From Epithemia pelagica (taxonomy: Eukaryota; Protista; Bacillariophyta): DNA of 64,000 bases. Location of the stretch: contig OX337236.1 in the NCBI GenBank assembly GCA_946965045.2, positions 310,001 to 374,000 of the forward strand, in the 5' to 3' direction. The notes beneath the pieces are model-generated. The model had not been told where the DNA came from, searched no databases, and saw nothing but the letters and a program-made list of their open reading frames with translations. Position 1 is the first letter of the stretch, and each line of letters begins with the position of its first letter. A program made the translations under genes and the position numbers. This document shows, piece by piece, positions 20,486 through 30,838 of this stretch.

Positions 20486-21694
20486 TTACTCAAATTGATT
20501 GGGATTCGGGAGTCCCCATCCCCCATTTTCGGGATCGTTGAGCGCATCCAAGGCGTGGACTTCGTCAGCCGTCAATTCAAAATCCCAGAGTTGCGTATTG
20601 GAGGTGAGCCGTGCGGCCGAATTGGTCAAATACACGACTGTGTAGCCATGTTGATACAAGTATCGAAAGCCCAATTGACCCACATCCTTGTGGTACTTGG
20701 CTTGCAAGTCTTGCAAAATGCGAGGCATGCTAGCATTGGCCCGATGGACTGTTCCTCGAAGGGTGGAATAGGCTTGTAGGACAATGCCGTGTTGCAAACA
20801 ATAGTCGCGAATGGGAACCGATTGAACCTCCACGCTGGCTTCAATTTGATTGATCATGGGCAGTATCTTGGCCCCATCCTCTTGCAATTGCTGCAAATGC
20901 CGGACATCGAAATTGGATACCCCAATGGCGCGACACCAGCCCATTTCGTACATGTGCTCCAAGACACGCCACGCCGCCAAGCGCTTTTGACGCGCCATCG
21001 TACTAGACGTGGCGTTGGCACGGTTCGAGGAGTCGTCCTCCTTGTTTGTCGTGGTCGTATTGGGCCACATGCCAGGCCAATGCAAGAGCATGAGATCCAT
21101 GTATCCGACATTTAATTCGTCCAAGGCCCGTTCAAAATCGCGTCGGGTCCGGTCCGAAATTTGTTCCACGGTCAAGTCGGCAAAATCCGACATGTGTGAA
21201 ATGCCAAAACAATCGGGCGAGGGCGGATGAAAGATTTTGGACGTGATCCACACTTCTGAGCGCGACGCCAACTGTCCGGTGCGAAACCATTCGCCCAGGA
21301 CCTGGGACAAGGGTGTGTGCGATCGATAAATGAGTGCCGTATCAAAGGCTCGCATGCCGGCCTGAAGGGCCAATTCGATTTGTCGATATCCTCGTTCCGG
21401 TTGCATTCCCACAAAGTTGGGCGGTGCGTCTAAATCGGGTGCCAAGCGGGTAATCAATTGGGCCGTGCCCAATTGCAAGACGGGCATGGCCACTCCATTG
21501 GGCAAGAGAACCGTGGGATTCTCCAACAACGACGACGACGACGACGACGATGACGATGAGTCGGTCGTATCAGGAATGACACCACATGACGATTCTTGCG
21601 TCTGAGATGCGGATACGCCTACCGTAGGGTAGAAATGGACAGCGAGGGATGTCCAAAGCAATACATACAACCACGGTGTCCAGGAGTACGTCAT
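20486..21694 (-). CDS. Aldo/keto reductase with N-terminal signal peptide, 402 aa
   Basis: GMRAFDTALIY, WITSKIF, YMDLMLLHWP, RAIGVSNF, INQIE; the D-Y-K-H catalytic tetrad is present. Confidence 0.92.
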   Translation of the reverse strand: MTYSWTPWLYVLLWTSLAVHFYPTVGVSASQTQESSCGVIPDTTDSSSSSSSSSSLLENPTVLLPNGVAMPVLQLGTAQLITRLAPDLDAPPNFVGMQPERGYRQIELALQAGMRAFDTALIYRSHTPLSQVLGEWFRTGQLASRSEVWITSKIFHPPSPDCFGISHMSDFADLTVEQISDRTRRDFERALDELNVGYMDLMLLHWPGMWPNTTTTNKEDDSSNRANATSSTMARQKRLAAWRVLEHMYEMGWCRAIGVSNFDVRHLQQLQEDGAKILPMINQIEASVEVQSVPIRDYCLQHGIVLQAYSTLRGTVHRANASMPRILQDLQAKYHKDVGQLGFRYLYQHGYTVVYLTNSAARLTSNTQLWDFELTADEVHALDALNDPENGGWGLPNPNQFE

Positions 21695-21898
21695 GATGGC
21701 GATTCGAAAAAATGAGAGACATGGTGTGGAGAAAGAAAATGCATCCGACGACGTCCGTACGTCGGCCGCTCCAATCGTACGCCGACCTCACGCCGCATTA
21801 TGCAACACACAGCAAAACATCGTCTTGAACCCAAGGCACACAACCAAAGAAGCAGACAGCGAGGGTCTATTCCAACACAGCAACGCAGTATCATCATC

Positions 21899-22648
21899 AT
21901 GTCGGAAGAACCGGACAAGGTCCCGGACGAGGAGGCGGATGTGGCCGCCATGTTGGATTTGTCCAAAAAGAAGAAGAAGAAAAAGAAGAAAACCAAAAAA
22001 GACGAGGGCGGCGGCGATGCTGCCGAGGGCGAGGACGAAGGCGGGTCGGGCGGAGCCGGTAGTGGCGCCGTGAGTACGTCGGATCAAGAACGTTTGTTGA
22101 AAGAATTGGACCAAGCCCAGGAATTGGATGGCGAGCAAGGGGAACTGGATCGTCGAGCGGATTATACCTACGAAGAACTCCTCGATCGTGTGATTGATTT
22201 GTTACAAGCCAACAACCCCGATCTCATTGAAAAGAAACGTACCAAAATCAAACCACCGCAATTGCAACTTCTCAGTAGCAAAAAGACGCTGTGGGTCAAT
22301 TTTCAAGAGATTTGCAGCATGATGCAGCGCGAACCCCAACATGTGTATCAATTTTTCATGGCCGAATTGGGAACCGAAGGTTCCATTGATGGCAATCAAC
22401 GATTGATTATTCGGGGCCGGTATTTGGCCAAATACATTGAATCGCTCTTGCGTAAATATGTGGTGGAATATGTCACGTGCGAAATGTGTCGATCGCCTTC
22501 GACCGATTTGATTCGAGATCAACGCAGTCGTTTGTACATTTGCAAATGCCGCGAATGCGGCTCCCAACGCAGTGTCGCACCCATTCGGGCTGGATACCAT
22601 GCCACCTCTCGAGCCGACCGAAAAGCGCAACGAAATGCCAAGAATTAA
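21899..22648 (+). CDS. EIF2S2: Translation initiation factor eIF2 beta subunit
   Basis: Poly-Lys box DLSKKKKKKKKK, YTYEELLDRV, FFMAELGTEGSIDGNQRLIIRGR, zinc ribbon CEMCRSP...CRECGS. The ATG is at 21899. Confidence 0.95.
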   Translation: MSEEPDKVPDEEADVAAMLDLSKKKKKKKKKTKKDEGGGDAAEGEDEGGSGGAGSGAVSTSDQERLLKELDQAQELDGEQGELDRRADYTYEELLDRVIDLLQANNPDLIEKKRTKIKPPQLQLLSSKKTLWVNFQEICSMMQREPQHVYQFFMAELGTEGSIDGNQRLIIRGRYLAKYIESLLRKYVVEYVTCEMCRSPSTDLIRDQRSRLYICKCRECGSQRSVAPIRAGYHATSRADRKAQRNAKN

Positions 22649-23242
22649 GCAAGGTTCCAGGGACTGCCGTTTCGATAGCATTCTCACAAACGGTGGCCAT
22701 CGTCGCGTGCCGTGGCATGATAATTCTAAACTACCTAGTCCTCATTTGATTCCAATCCATCAATGTATGTTTCCACTGTATCCATAGTCTTGTCTGTTTT
22801 GTCAGGGTAGGCCGCAATTTAGCTCTGTGTGCATGCCATGTGATGCGGACAGCATACCTACAACAAAAGTTGTTGGAAGTCGACAATCTGTCCTACTCAT
22901 GTGGAGAAGAGAGGTCGTTTCGTCGATCCTGGCCACCTACAATGCTGGTGTGAAACAAGATGGGGGCGCTCATTCTCGTCGACGAGATTCCTAGAATATT
23001 ATTATTATTATTGCCAACCCCCGTACAGTTGGGACAATCATGAACTGTTATGAACAAGAGAATGTACAAACTCAAATCCAGCGAGTTTCATTCTCCATTG
23101 ACAAGAGCGCGCGCGTCGTATGAAAAAGCTTCGAAATGTGTATCATAGTATTTTGAAATGGAAGGCAATAACACAAACTGAACCAATGGAACCATACATG
23201 GCTCAGGTGCCTGCATCATTTCTGTCTGGAACATTGTCCCAC

Positions 23243-25049
23243 TTAGGAGGAAATAGTGATGGTACGGACATAGTATCCCTCGGAGTCGTATTCTTCGTAA
23301 ATGTGACCCTTGGCACCCAAGAATGCACCTGTTCCACCCGTGATCACATAATGGCCCGTCGCCTCAGAGTCTTCGTGGAACCCCGAAAAGGACAACTTAC
23401 CGTGACAGCCAAACAAGTTAATGTACGTTCCTGCGCAATGCCAATATCCGCCATCGTTCAAACGTTCACAAAGCTGCACATCAAAGGCAACTTCCTGGTC
23501 ACGGTCGGCTTCCATGTACACTTCCTGTGCGTAGGGCAGACGCACTCCCTGACGATTGGACAAGTCGACGACGTTGTCCACCTTGGTGCCGTCGGGTTCC
23601 AGGCCAGGTCCTTGCCAGCGCTGCGCAATCTTGTAGATGCCGCTGCATTGCGACGGAGATTCCGGGGCAACTGGCTTTTCGGTAGGCTTGGAAGTAGGTT
23701 TGGCCACTGGCTTTTCTGTGGGTTTGTCGGTAGGCTTGAGAGTTGGTTTCGCCACTGGTTTCTCGGTGGGTTTTTCAGTAGGCTTGGGGGTTGGTTTCGC
23801 CACTGGTTTCTCGGTGGGTGTGTCGGTAGGCTTGGGAGTTGGTTTGGCCACTGGCTTTTCGGTGGGTTTGTCAGTAGGCTTGGAAGTAGGTTTGGCCACT
23901 GGCTTCTCGGTCGGTTTGTCGGTCGGTTTGGGTGTGGGCTTGGATGTCGGCTTCTCCGTAGGTTTCTCGGTGGGCTTGGATGTCGGTTGCTCGGTAGGCT
24001 TATCCGTGGGTTTGGACGTTGGTTTGGAAGTAGGTTTCTCTGTGGGTTTGGATGTAGGCTTCTCAGTTGGCTTATCCGTTGGTTTGTCGGTGGGCTTGGA
24101 CGTAGGTTTGTCGGTGGGCTTGGACGTAGGTTTCTCTGTGGGCTTGGACGTAGGTTTGTCGGTGGGCTTGGACGTGGGTTTTTGCGTCGGCTTTAGAGTC
24201 GGTTTGTACGTCGGTTTGCTCGTAGGTTTGGGTGACGGCTTTTCGGTGGGTTTCTCGGTAGGCTTCGAGGTTGGCTTTTCCGTGGGTTTTGCCGTTGGAT
24301 GGGGTGTCGGCTTTGCAACAGGTTTATCGGTAGGTTTGGGTGTTGGTTTCAGCGTCGGCTTTGCCGTTGGATGGAGTGTCGGCTTTGCAACAGGTTTGTC
24401 GGTAGGTTTGTAAGTGGGTTTATGGGTCGGATCGTAGCCCTGTACATGCGCGAAATAGAATTAGTTCTGGTGAGTCATGATGGTTATACAATGAAGATGA
24501 AGAATATGAAGAAATGCTCGTACCTTTCCTTTGCCATTGCCACCGTCATATTCGTAACCATCATAGCCCTTGCCTTTGCCATTGCCACCGTCATATTCAT
24601 AACCATCGTATCCCTTGCCTTTGCCCTTACCACCATCATATTCGTAACCGTCATAGCCCTTGCCTTTGCTCTGCTTTGAAGTGAAATTGAGTTAGAGATG
24701 TATTCGTCTCACCGCTTTGATGCTAGGAAGTTATGATTTACCTTCTCTTTCTTCCCTCCATAGTAGTATCCTTTTCCTTTACCCTTGCCTTTGCCCTTTC
24801 CTTTACTCTGATTACATGAAAAGCATAGAATGAGAAAACATGGGACATCTGTCGAATGGATGACTCTTGCAACTTGTGCCTTACCTGCAAGGTACGGTCA
24901 AACTCGGAATCTTCCTTAGTAACAACAGCGTCTAGGTTGAGCTCTCGGTTCTCGTTAGAGGGCACAAAATCCGTTGATGTCTTATCGACAGCAAGCTCGG
25001 CCATGGCCGCAGTTTGGAGGAACAGAGTGCAAACAGTGGAGAGCTTCAT
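23243..25049 (-). CDS. Secreted protein: signal peptide, GK/Tyr-rich repeats, KPT repeats, C-terminal dirigent/AOC-like barrel; four exons (25049-24885, 24807-24742, 24670-24524, 24439-23243), about 524 aa
   Basis: Three phase-0 GT-AG introns give one open frame. Exon 2 is SKGKGKGKGKGKGYYYGGKKEK. Exon 3 is (GKGKGYDGYEYDGG)x3. Exon 4 has KPTDKPTEKPVAKPT repeats followed by ...YVITGGTGAFLGAKGHIY. Confidence 0.85.
23670..24430 (-). repeat. Coding tandem repeats KPT(D/E/S)KP.. with 4-, 8- and 16-aa periodicity
   Basis: Repeated ggtttgtcggtaggcttg-type units inside exon 4. Confidence 0.9.
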
Positions 25050-25857
25050 GATTCTCGTCGTGATGTAGCTGAGTTCAAATTATAGAAGCTCTGGAATTGT
25101 GAGCCATTCCAGAGAATTTTGGTGACCGTCTAAGATACAAGAAAGATTTGGAGATCACCATCAGTTGAATCGTTTGAAGAGCAGGGCAACATAGAGTCCA
25201 GGATGGCTGGCAGCATGTCTGCTCCGGAAAACTCTGTCGTGTCTTGCAGGAGATCGTTCATAATCAGATATGTTAAGTCGTCACACAACTTAAAACGGAT
25301 ATGTATCCTCCCTCTATTTGAATATTCGACATCGTGCCGATGTTCATTCTTGCTTCGGAATGGTCCCGTGGTGGACGATAGAAGAAGATACAAATTTTTA
25401 CGAGAACCAAGAACCGTTCGTATCGGCATGTGCTCCCGACACGTGGGATCATCTGGCGGGACGATAAATTTTGTTGCCGAGCCTGCGTACATGGATTTAG
25501 AACCTGTGTGACCATACGGTGGCATGCGCGGAAGCGCCGATTTTTTTCAAGTGGAAGGCTTGCGCGGAGGTGCGGCCAAACCAAATATTATTAATCGCGT
25601 TTGTATCGCGTCGAAACCTGTTCGGCCGGCTGGTTTGCACGCCAGCCGACGTGTACATCGCCACTTTTCGACCCTCTCTAAAGGCAGAAAGGCCGCTAAG
25701 AGAGCAAAATCATCACTCCTGGCTTTGGACGGGTGCGAATTGACATCGTATTATCTTCCCCTTGAAGCAAGGTCGTTCCAACCAAACCCACAAGCTCAAC
25801 CATCTCCTACAAACAGAACTGACAAAGTGAATAGGAATTGCCTACTTGCATTGAAGA

Positions 25858-28158
25858 ATGTCGACGTTGAATGGAAGCACCGTCTCAGCTGAGCCGGAGA
25901 AAGAGAAATCTTCCCTCAACAAGGACAAAATGGATCGAGTCCGTCGCGTCTTTGGAGATAGCGTCATGGACGATGATGATAGTTTCTTTATGTACACACC
26001 GTCACCCGCGAAACAGGAAGATAGCCAGCCTGGTGACATTTTTGGGAAAACCGACATTACTCCGATCAACCGTGCTTCAGTGGATAGCACAAAGCCATTG
26101 CTAACAAAGTCCGTCCTTAACTTTGACAGTGACAAGGAAAACGAAAGGGATGTTAATGCTGTGCAAGCATCTGGAACGCCCAAGATCCATACACCAGTCT
26201 TGGGATATAGCCAACGCGCAGGCTTGAATCGACAGTCACGAGCATCTGTTTCATCACAAATGATGAAGAAAACCCAAGAGGCTGTTGACAAGGCAGCGTT
26301 AAGTGTTCAGCGATCAGCCGGGGCCGCAGAGACTGGAAAGGACTCCACATCAGCCGTGGAGAAAACCGCAACGAAACAACGGATCGAATGGCAGAAAGAC
26401 TTGACAGAAGCAAAAGACTTTCAGGAAGAGATGAAAAGAACACGATTCGAGGGATTACGTCTACAGAGGCAGCTTGCATCTGAGGCAAGCAAAGCAAAAG
26501 CAGGTTTTCATCAAGTTCTTAGGGACTGCAAACTGCAGTGTATTGAAGAAGAGTCACAGTTCAAGTCATCTGTTCATCGTGACCATACGGAAGCTCTGCG
26601 ACAAGAACGAGAGCGTCGACGACGAGAGTCTGAAGCCACAAGAGCGCAAGTACGAGCCAATGCTCGCATCGGTGTCGAACGGCTTCAAAAGGAACAACAG
26701 CTGATGGATGAAAGGATTTCGGCCGAACGCAAGGCAGCGAGCGACGCAACACGTAAGACAAGACGCGAAGAAGCCGAGCAACGTCGAAAGAGTTTTCAAT
26801 TCCGGTCGGGAGACGCACAGCGTATTCGAGATATCTGTGCCAAAATGCGGGCTGAAAAACTAGACGAGCAACATAAGAGCTACGACCTGGAGAGAAAGGC
26901 GGCGAAAGATGTCGACGAATACCGCAAGCAGGTAGGAAAGGAGCGACGTGAGTGTATGATACAAAGAGGAGTGGACTCGCGCAAAGCGAAAGAAGTCGAG
27001 AAGCAACGGGTCATGGAATCACAAGACCAGGACACTAAGCTCTGGGAACTTGAACGAGCTGCTGCACGAGACGTCGCTAACGCGAAGGTAGAAGCAGCCA
27101 GAAAACAGCAGAAGGAACTCGCTGAAATGAGAGCCGTAGCCATGGCAAACCGCAAGCAACTCGAAAAGAAGCACACCCAAGAAAGGGAACAGATTCACCA
27201 GAGCTACGAAATGGAACGAGCAGGTACAAAGGACGTTGATGACTACCGAAAGAAGCTGGCGCAACAAAAGCGTGAGAGTATGGTGTTTCGTGGCCAAGAA
27301 TTTGTTCGTCAACGCGAGATCACTTCTAAATCTCAAGCTCATGACAAGGAGCAAGAGCATGAGTATTTCGAGATGAAGAGGGACGCAGAGAAAGACGTAC
27401 AAAAGTACTTAGCCGATGAGCGAGAGGAACGAAGAAAGAGTATGGCTGGTAGAAATGAGGAGCGTTCCCACCATGCAAAAGTAATGAAAGAGCTTGAACA
27501 AGTTGCTCGTGAAAAGGAAGCGGAAAGTTATGTTCTGAAATGGGCAGGAGAAAAAGATGTTCAAGAGTATGAACGAAAAATAAAACAAGAGCGTAAAGAA
27601 TCACTTGAACAACGAGGGAAGGAAAGCGTCCGGATACGAAAGCAAGAAGTTGAGGAGAGACAACAAGAACTCCAATCCGCCCATGAAGACGAAGTTTTAA
27701 GATCAAATGACGCGAAAGACGTTGAGGAGTATCGACGGAAATGTGTTCAACGAGATAGAGCCTCGTTGCAATACAGAGGGAAAGAAGCGACAAAACAAAG
27801 ACTGCAGAAACGTGAAGGACAAATGGCGGAAAGAAAGATTGAAGAATCAAACTGTGAACTAGAAACCATGGCTCGAAAAGACGTTGAAGATTACGTTGCA
27901 GTATGTAAGCAACGACGACGATACTCTCTGGCATTTCGAGCCAAAGAGAAACGTCGGCACATCCAATGGAAGAAAGATCAAGAAAAACAGCAACGTCTGA
28001 ACCAGACCGCAGAAATTCGCGCCCGGTTGATGGATCAACAGTACTTGGAACTTTCTCGACAGCAAGAGCAAGCTGCAAGGACGCTGGAGGCAATTCAACA
28101 CCAACAGCGCCTTTTCGAGAAGAAGGCACGGAATCCTTTTCAGGATTTGTTCAAATAA
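25858..28158 (+). CDS. Charged alpha-helical protein with exact 54-aa tandem repeats, 766 aa
   Basis: KDV..Y......RRxS...RG motifs recur every 54 residues. From 26743 to 27877 is 1134 nt, exactly 7 x 162. Confidence 0.85.
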   Translation: MSTLNGSTVSAEPEKEKSSLNKDKMDRVRRVFGDSVMDDDDSFFMYTPSPAKQEDSQPGDIFGKTDITPINRASVDSTKPLLTKSVLNFDSDKENERDVNAVQASGTPKIHTPVLGYSQRAGLNRQSRASVSSQMMKKTQEAVDKAALSVQRSAGAAETGKDSTSAVEKTATKQRIEWQKDLTEAKDFQEEMKRTRFEGLRLQRQLASEASKAKAGFHQVLRDCKLQCIEEESQFKSSVHRDHTEALRQERERRRRESEATRAQVRANARIGVERLQKEQQLMDERISAERKAASDATRKTRREEAEQRRKSFQFRSGDAQRIRDICAKMRAEKLDEQHKSYDLERKAAKDVDEYRKQVGKERRECMIQRGVDSRKAKEVEKQRVMESQDQDTKLWELERAAARDVANAKVEAARKQQKELAEMRAVAMANRKQLEKKHTQEREQIHQSYEMERAGTKDVDDYRKKLAQQKRESMVFRGQEFVRQREITSKSQAHDKEQEHEYFEMKRDAEKDVQKYLADEREERRKSMAGRNEERSHHAKVMKELEQVAREKEAESYVLKWAGEKDVQEYERKIKQERKESLEQRGKESVRIRKQEVEERQQELQSAHEDEVLRSNDAKDVEEYRRKCVQRDRASLQYRGKEATKQRLQKREGQMAERKIEESNCELETMARKDVEDYVAVCKQRRRYSLAFRAKEKRRHIQWKKDQEKQQRLNQTAEIRARLMDQQYLELSRQQEQAARTLEAIQHQQRLFEKKARNPFQDLFK

Positions 28159-28338
28159 GAGTGTATATTCGTGACAAATAAGAGTGAAATGAGTGAACTA
28201 CTCCAAAGCTTTATTCATGCGGAAGTTTCTTGTATACTAGTGGATGTTTGGCTCAAGTCAACAAGTTATTTTACAACGCCAAACAACAGCAACTTATTTC
28301 TTTCTCTTACTTAGATTAGCACTTTACGTACAAGGGGA

Positions 28339-30356
28339 TCACTGTCCTTGAAATGAGCGGAACGCGTCCCTATCGTCGTCATCATCCGATCGAGCTTTAA
28401 CTCCACTTCTTCCAAATAGCACATCTGTCATTTCACTACCTCTATCATTCATCTCTGATGATTGCTCCTCTCCGACCAAATCATCCATGAGCATTTGTCT
28501 TGCTTTCTGTAAATGGGCTTTCCGAGCAGCATCCAATTCAGGTGGAGTTGACTGTGCAGCAAAGAACGGCTTTTCCTCTGCCTTGTCAGAAGCAACTGCT
28601 TCCACCGTGGCCACACTAGCGCTTGTTTCAATCGACGAGGCAATTTGATCGAGTTCCTGAAGGAGATATTCCGTCGCCATGGACGCCACACTTGTTTCCG
28701 GTCCAGTCAGTCGAGGTGGTCCACGGCTTGCTTCACTTCCAGTCAGTCTCTTTTCCAAGGCCTGCTTGAGAACCTTGATGAGATCACCCTTTTCGACTTG
28801 TTTGCGGTCAACGACCCGATTCGCAACGGGGATGGCATCATTGGCCAAGTTCATATCCTTTTCCGGTACAGCCCCTGTTTCTTGAAAGTCTTGAGCAATC
28901 TTCAAGGCATCCATTTCCTTGCGATTGACCTTTTGATCCTCCAAGGCATCCCAGTCACGAAGCCGGAGCATGGTTTCCAACTGGTCGACGGATATTTGAT
29001 TCAATGTCTTCTCGTTTTGTTTGTACACAAGTCCAGTGGGTATGCCCCTCTGTGCCGTTCGCACTTGTTTGGTTCGAAGAATATTGATCATGGGCCAAGG
29101 AGAACGTCGAGCATAGTTGGCAGCTTGACCTTGCGTCGCACGGTCACCGCCATCTCGGAAGGACCAGTGTGGATGGAAAAACACCAATTGGAGCAGCTCT
29201 TCCACTTTGAGGGCGGTCAAGGGTTGTGTGAGTGAATTGCAAAAGGTTTCAAACAACTCGACATTGTCCATAAAAAACTCTGGAGCAATCAGTAAGGTCG
29301 TGCTCAGGTCCTTTTCGGGTTGTTGTTCCACGCGGACGACTTCTTCCCAATACTTGACATACATATCTTCTACCGTACTCGCCCGAGTCACTTCGTAATG
29401 CACGGGTCCCAAGGGCAATCCAGCCGTCTCGGCACTGGTGGTAAAGGGACACACACCCATGTCCGACATGAACCGTTGGACCCACCGTTTGGACACCTCA
29501 ATAATCTCTTCGTCGTCGTTGGGGACTTTGTTGACAATTTCGGGGTAGGGATCTTTGGGCAAATCGCAGTCGTCAATCCCCGAGTAGAGCGCTTCAAAGT
29601 CGGTTCCATCGTCCCAATAGGGATCGTACCCAAAGTTAAACTCGTCGTCCTCATTGGCGTCTTCGCCACTTCCATCCAGGTTGACCGTCTTTGGATCCTT
29701 GAAGGACTTGGCGGTAAACCCCACCACGCGGTTGGTCGCCTTGTCCACGTAGGGCGTGAGCGCCGTTGTCATACCAAAGTGATCACACACATCTTTGCAG
29801 TAGTCGAGATGGGCAATGACATTGTTCAAATAACGAGGTGGTTGTTGATTGAGTTGTTCTTCCATTTCGGGATAAATGACAGTATATGTTTCCTACGAAA
29901 GAAGGAAACCAAAAGCAGAAGCAGAAACAAGCAGAAGCAGAAACAATAGGGTAAGAAAGTCAAGGGTCTCCTTGGTTGACCTCCATGGACAACAGAGTGT
30001 CCATTTCTCGACACACAACGTAACAAACAAAGGTCACCCACCCCTCTTGTCATTGTACCCGATTGAGCAATTTGGTGCCAAAGACCAGCCAACAGTTGAG
30101 GTGTGGTGCTCGCTGGATCTCGTGGATGCCACTCATCGTCCTCACTTTCCACTTCATCCTTTTTGGCGGACGACAATGCAAGGCCAACCGGTGCAAGCAA
30201 GTGTTTTTGTTGGTTCGTAGAAGTAGCGGATGGAAGGATACCGGCAGGGGACCTTTGTCCATTCGGTTTGTGAATCGTAAAAGACGTGGTGTAGCATGGT
30301 GATACGACCAGCCAAACGACGACCATCAAGGGTATCCGCCGAATGAAATACAACAT
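28339..30356 (-). CDS. DUF1415-like domain protein, likely plastid-targeted and intron-containing (5' exon structure approximate)
   Basis: WVQRFMSDMGVCPF, STTLLIAPEF, QLVFFHP, NYARRSPWPMINILR resemble DUF1415. The 5' exon MLYFIRRIPLMVVVWLVVSPCYTTSF resembles a bipartite presequence. Confidence 0.7.
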
Positions 30357-30838
30357 TGCCAATCTTTTTTTCTGACTTCTTTCCAACTGCTTGCAGCAAA
30401 TGAGACGAGGTGCTTTTGGAAAGGACAATGGGGGGAACAGAATTGCCAATCTCCACAATCTCGGTGTAGAGCAATTTGTTCTGTTGTGTTGATGGGCAGG
30501 TGTCTGTCCGATCTGTGCCAAAAAATGAACGAGCAGATGGTGCCGTGTTCCGATTCTCTTGGCTCTCGTCGCAATGGCATTGCAGCTGGATCAAAACTGG
30601 GAATCTAACTGCCTCCATTGGTCTCTCGACTCTCGACGCCCATAGTTTGTTCCTTTCACCTTCATGACGACTTCAATATAAATGAGTTGATTCTAGATAT
30701 GGAGACCATCGTTCTAATGTGTATGGCAAATCGACACCGATCGAATCAATCAAGCATCCCAATGTGGGTCGTACTGCTAGCTAAGCCAATGGTAGGTAGT
30801 TTTTTCGATTCTCGTCGATGGGAAATGTTTTCTATTTG

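Noticed and set aside
23670-24430. Regularly spaced repeats as a possible CRISPR array; same question for 41372-41705 and 50448-50667
   Set aside because: No constant repeat with unique spacers, no cas genes, and a eukaryotic context. These are coding repeats or simple tandem duplications.
23120-24679. Plus-strand ORFs with GLSVGL, FGHWL and FAIATVIF repeats that look like membrane proteins
   Set aside because: They are reverse-complement readings of the KPT and GKGKGYDGYEYD repeats.
25130-25584. Short minus-strand ORFs, one containing TEFSGADM (reminiscent of an AAA+ lid motif)
   Set aside because: No Walker A/B or other supporting motifs, so a 5-residue match is insufficient.
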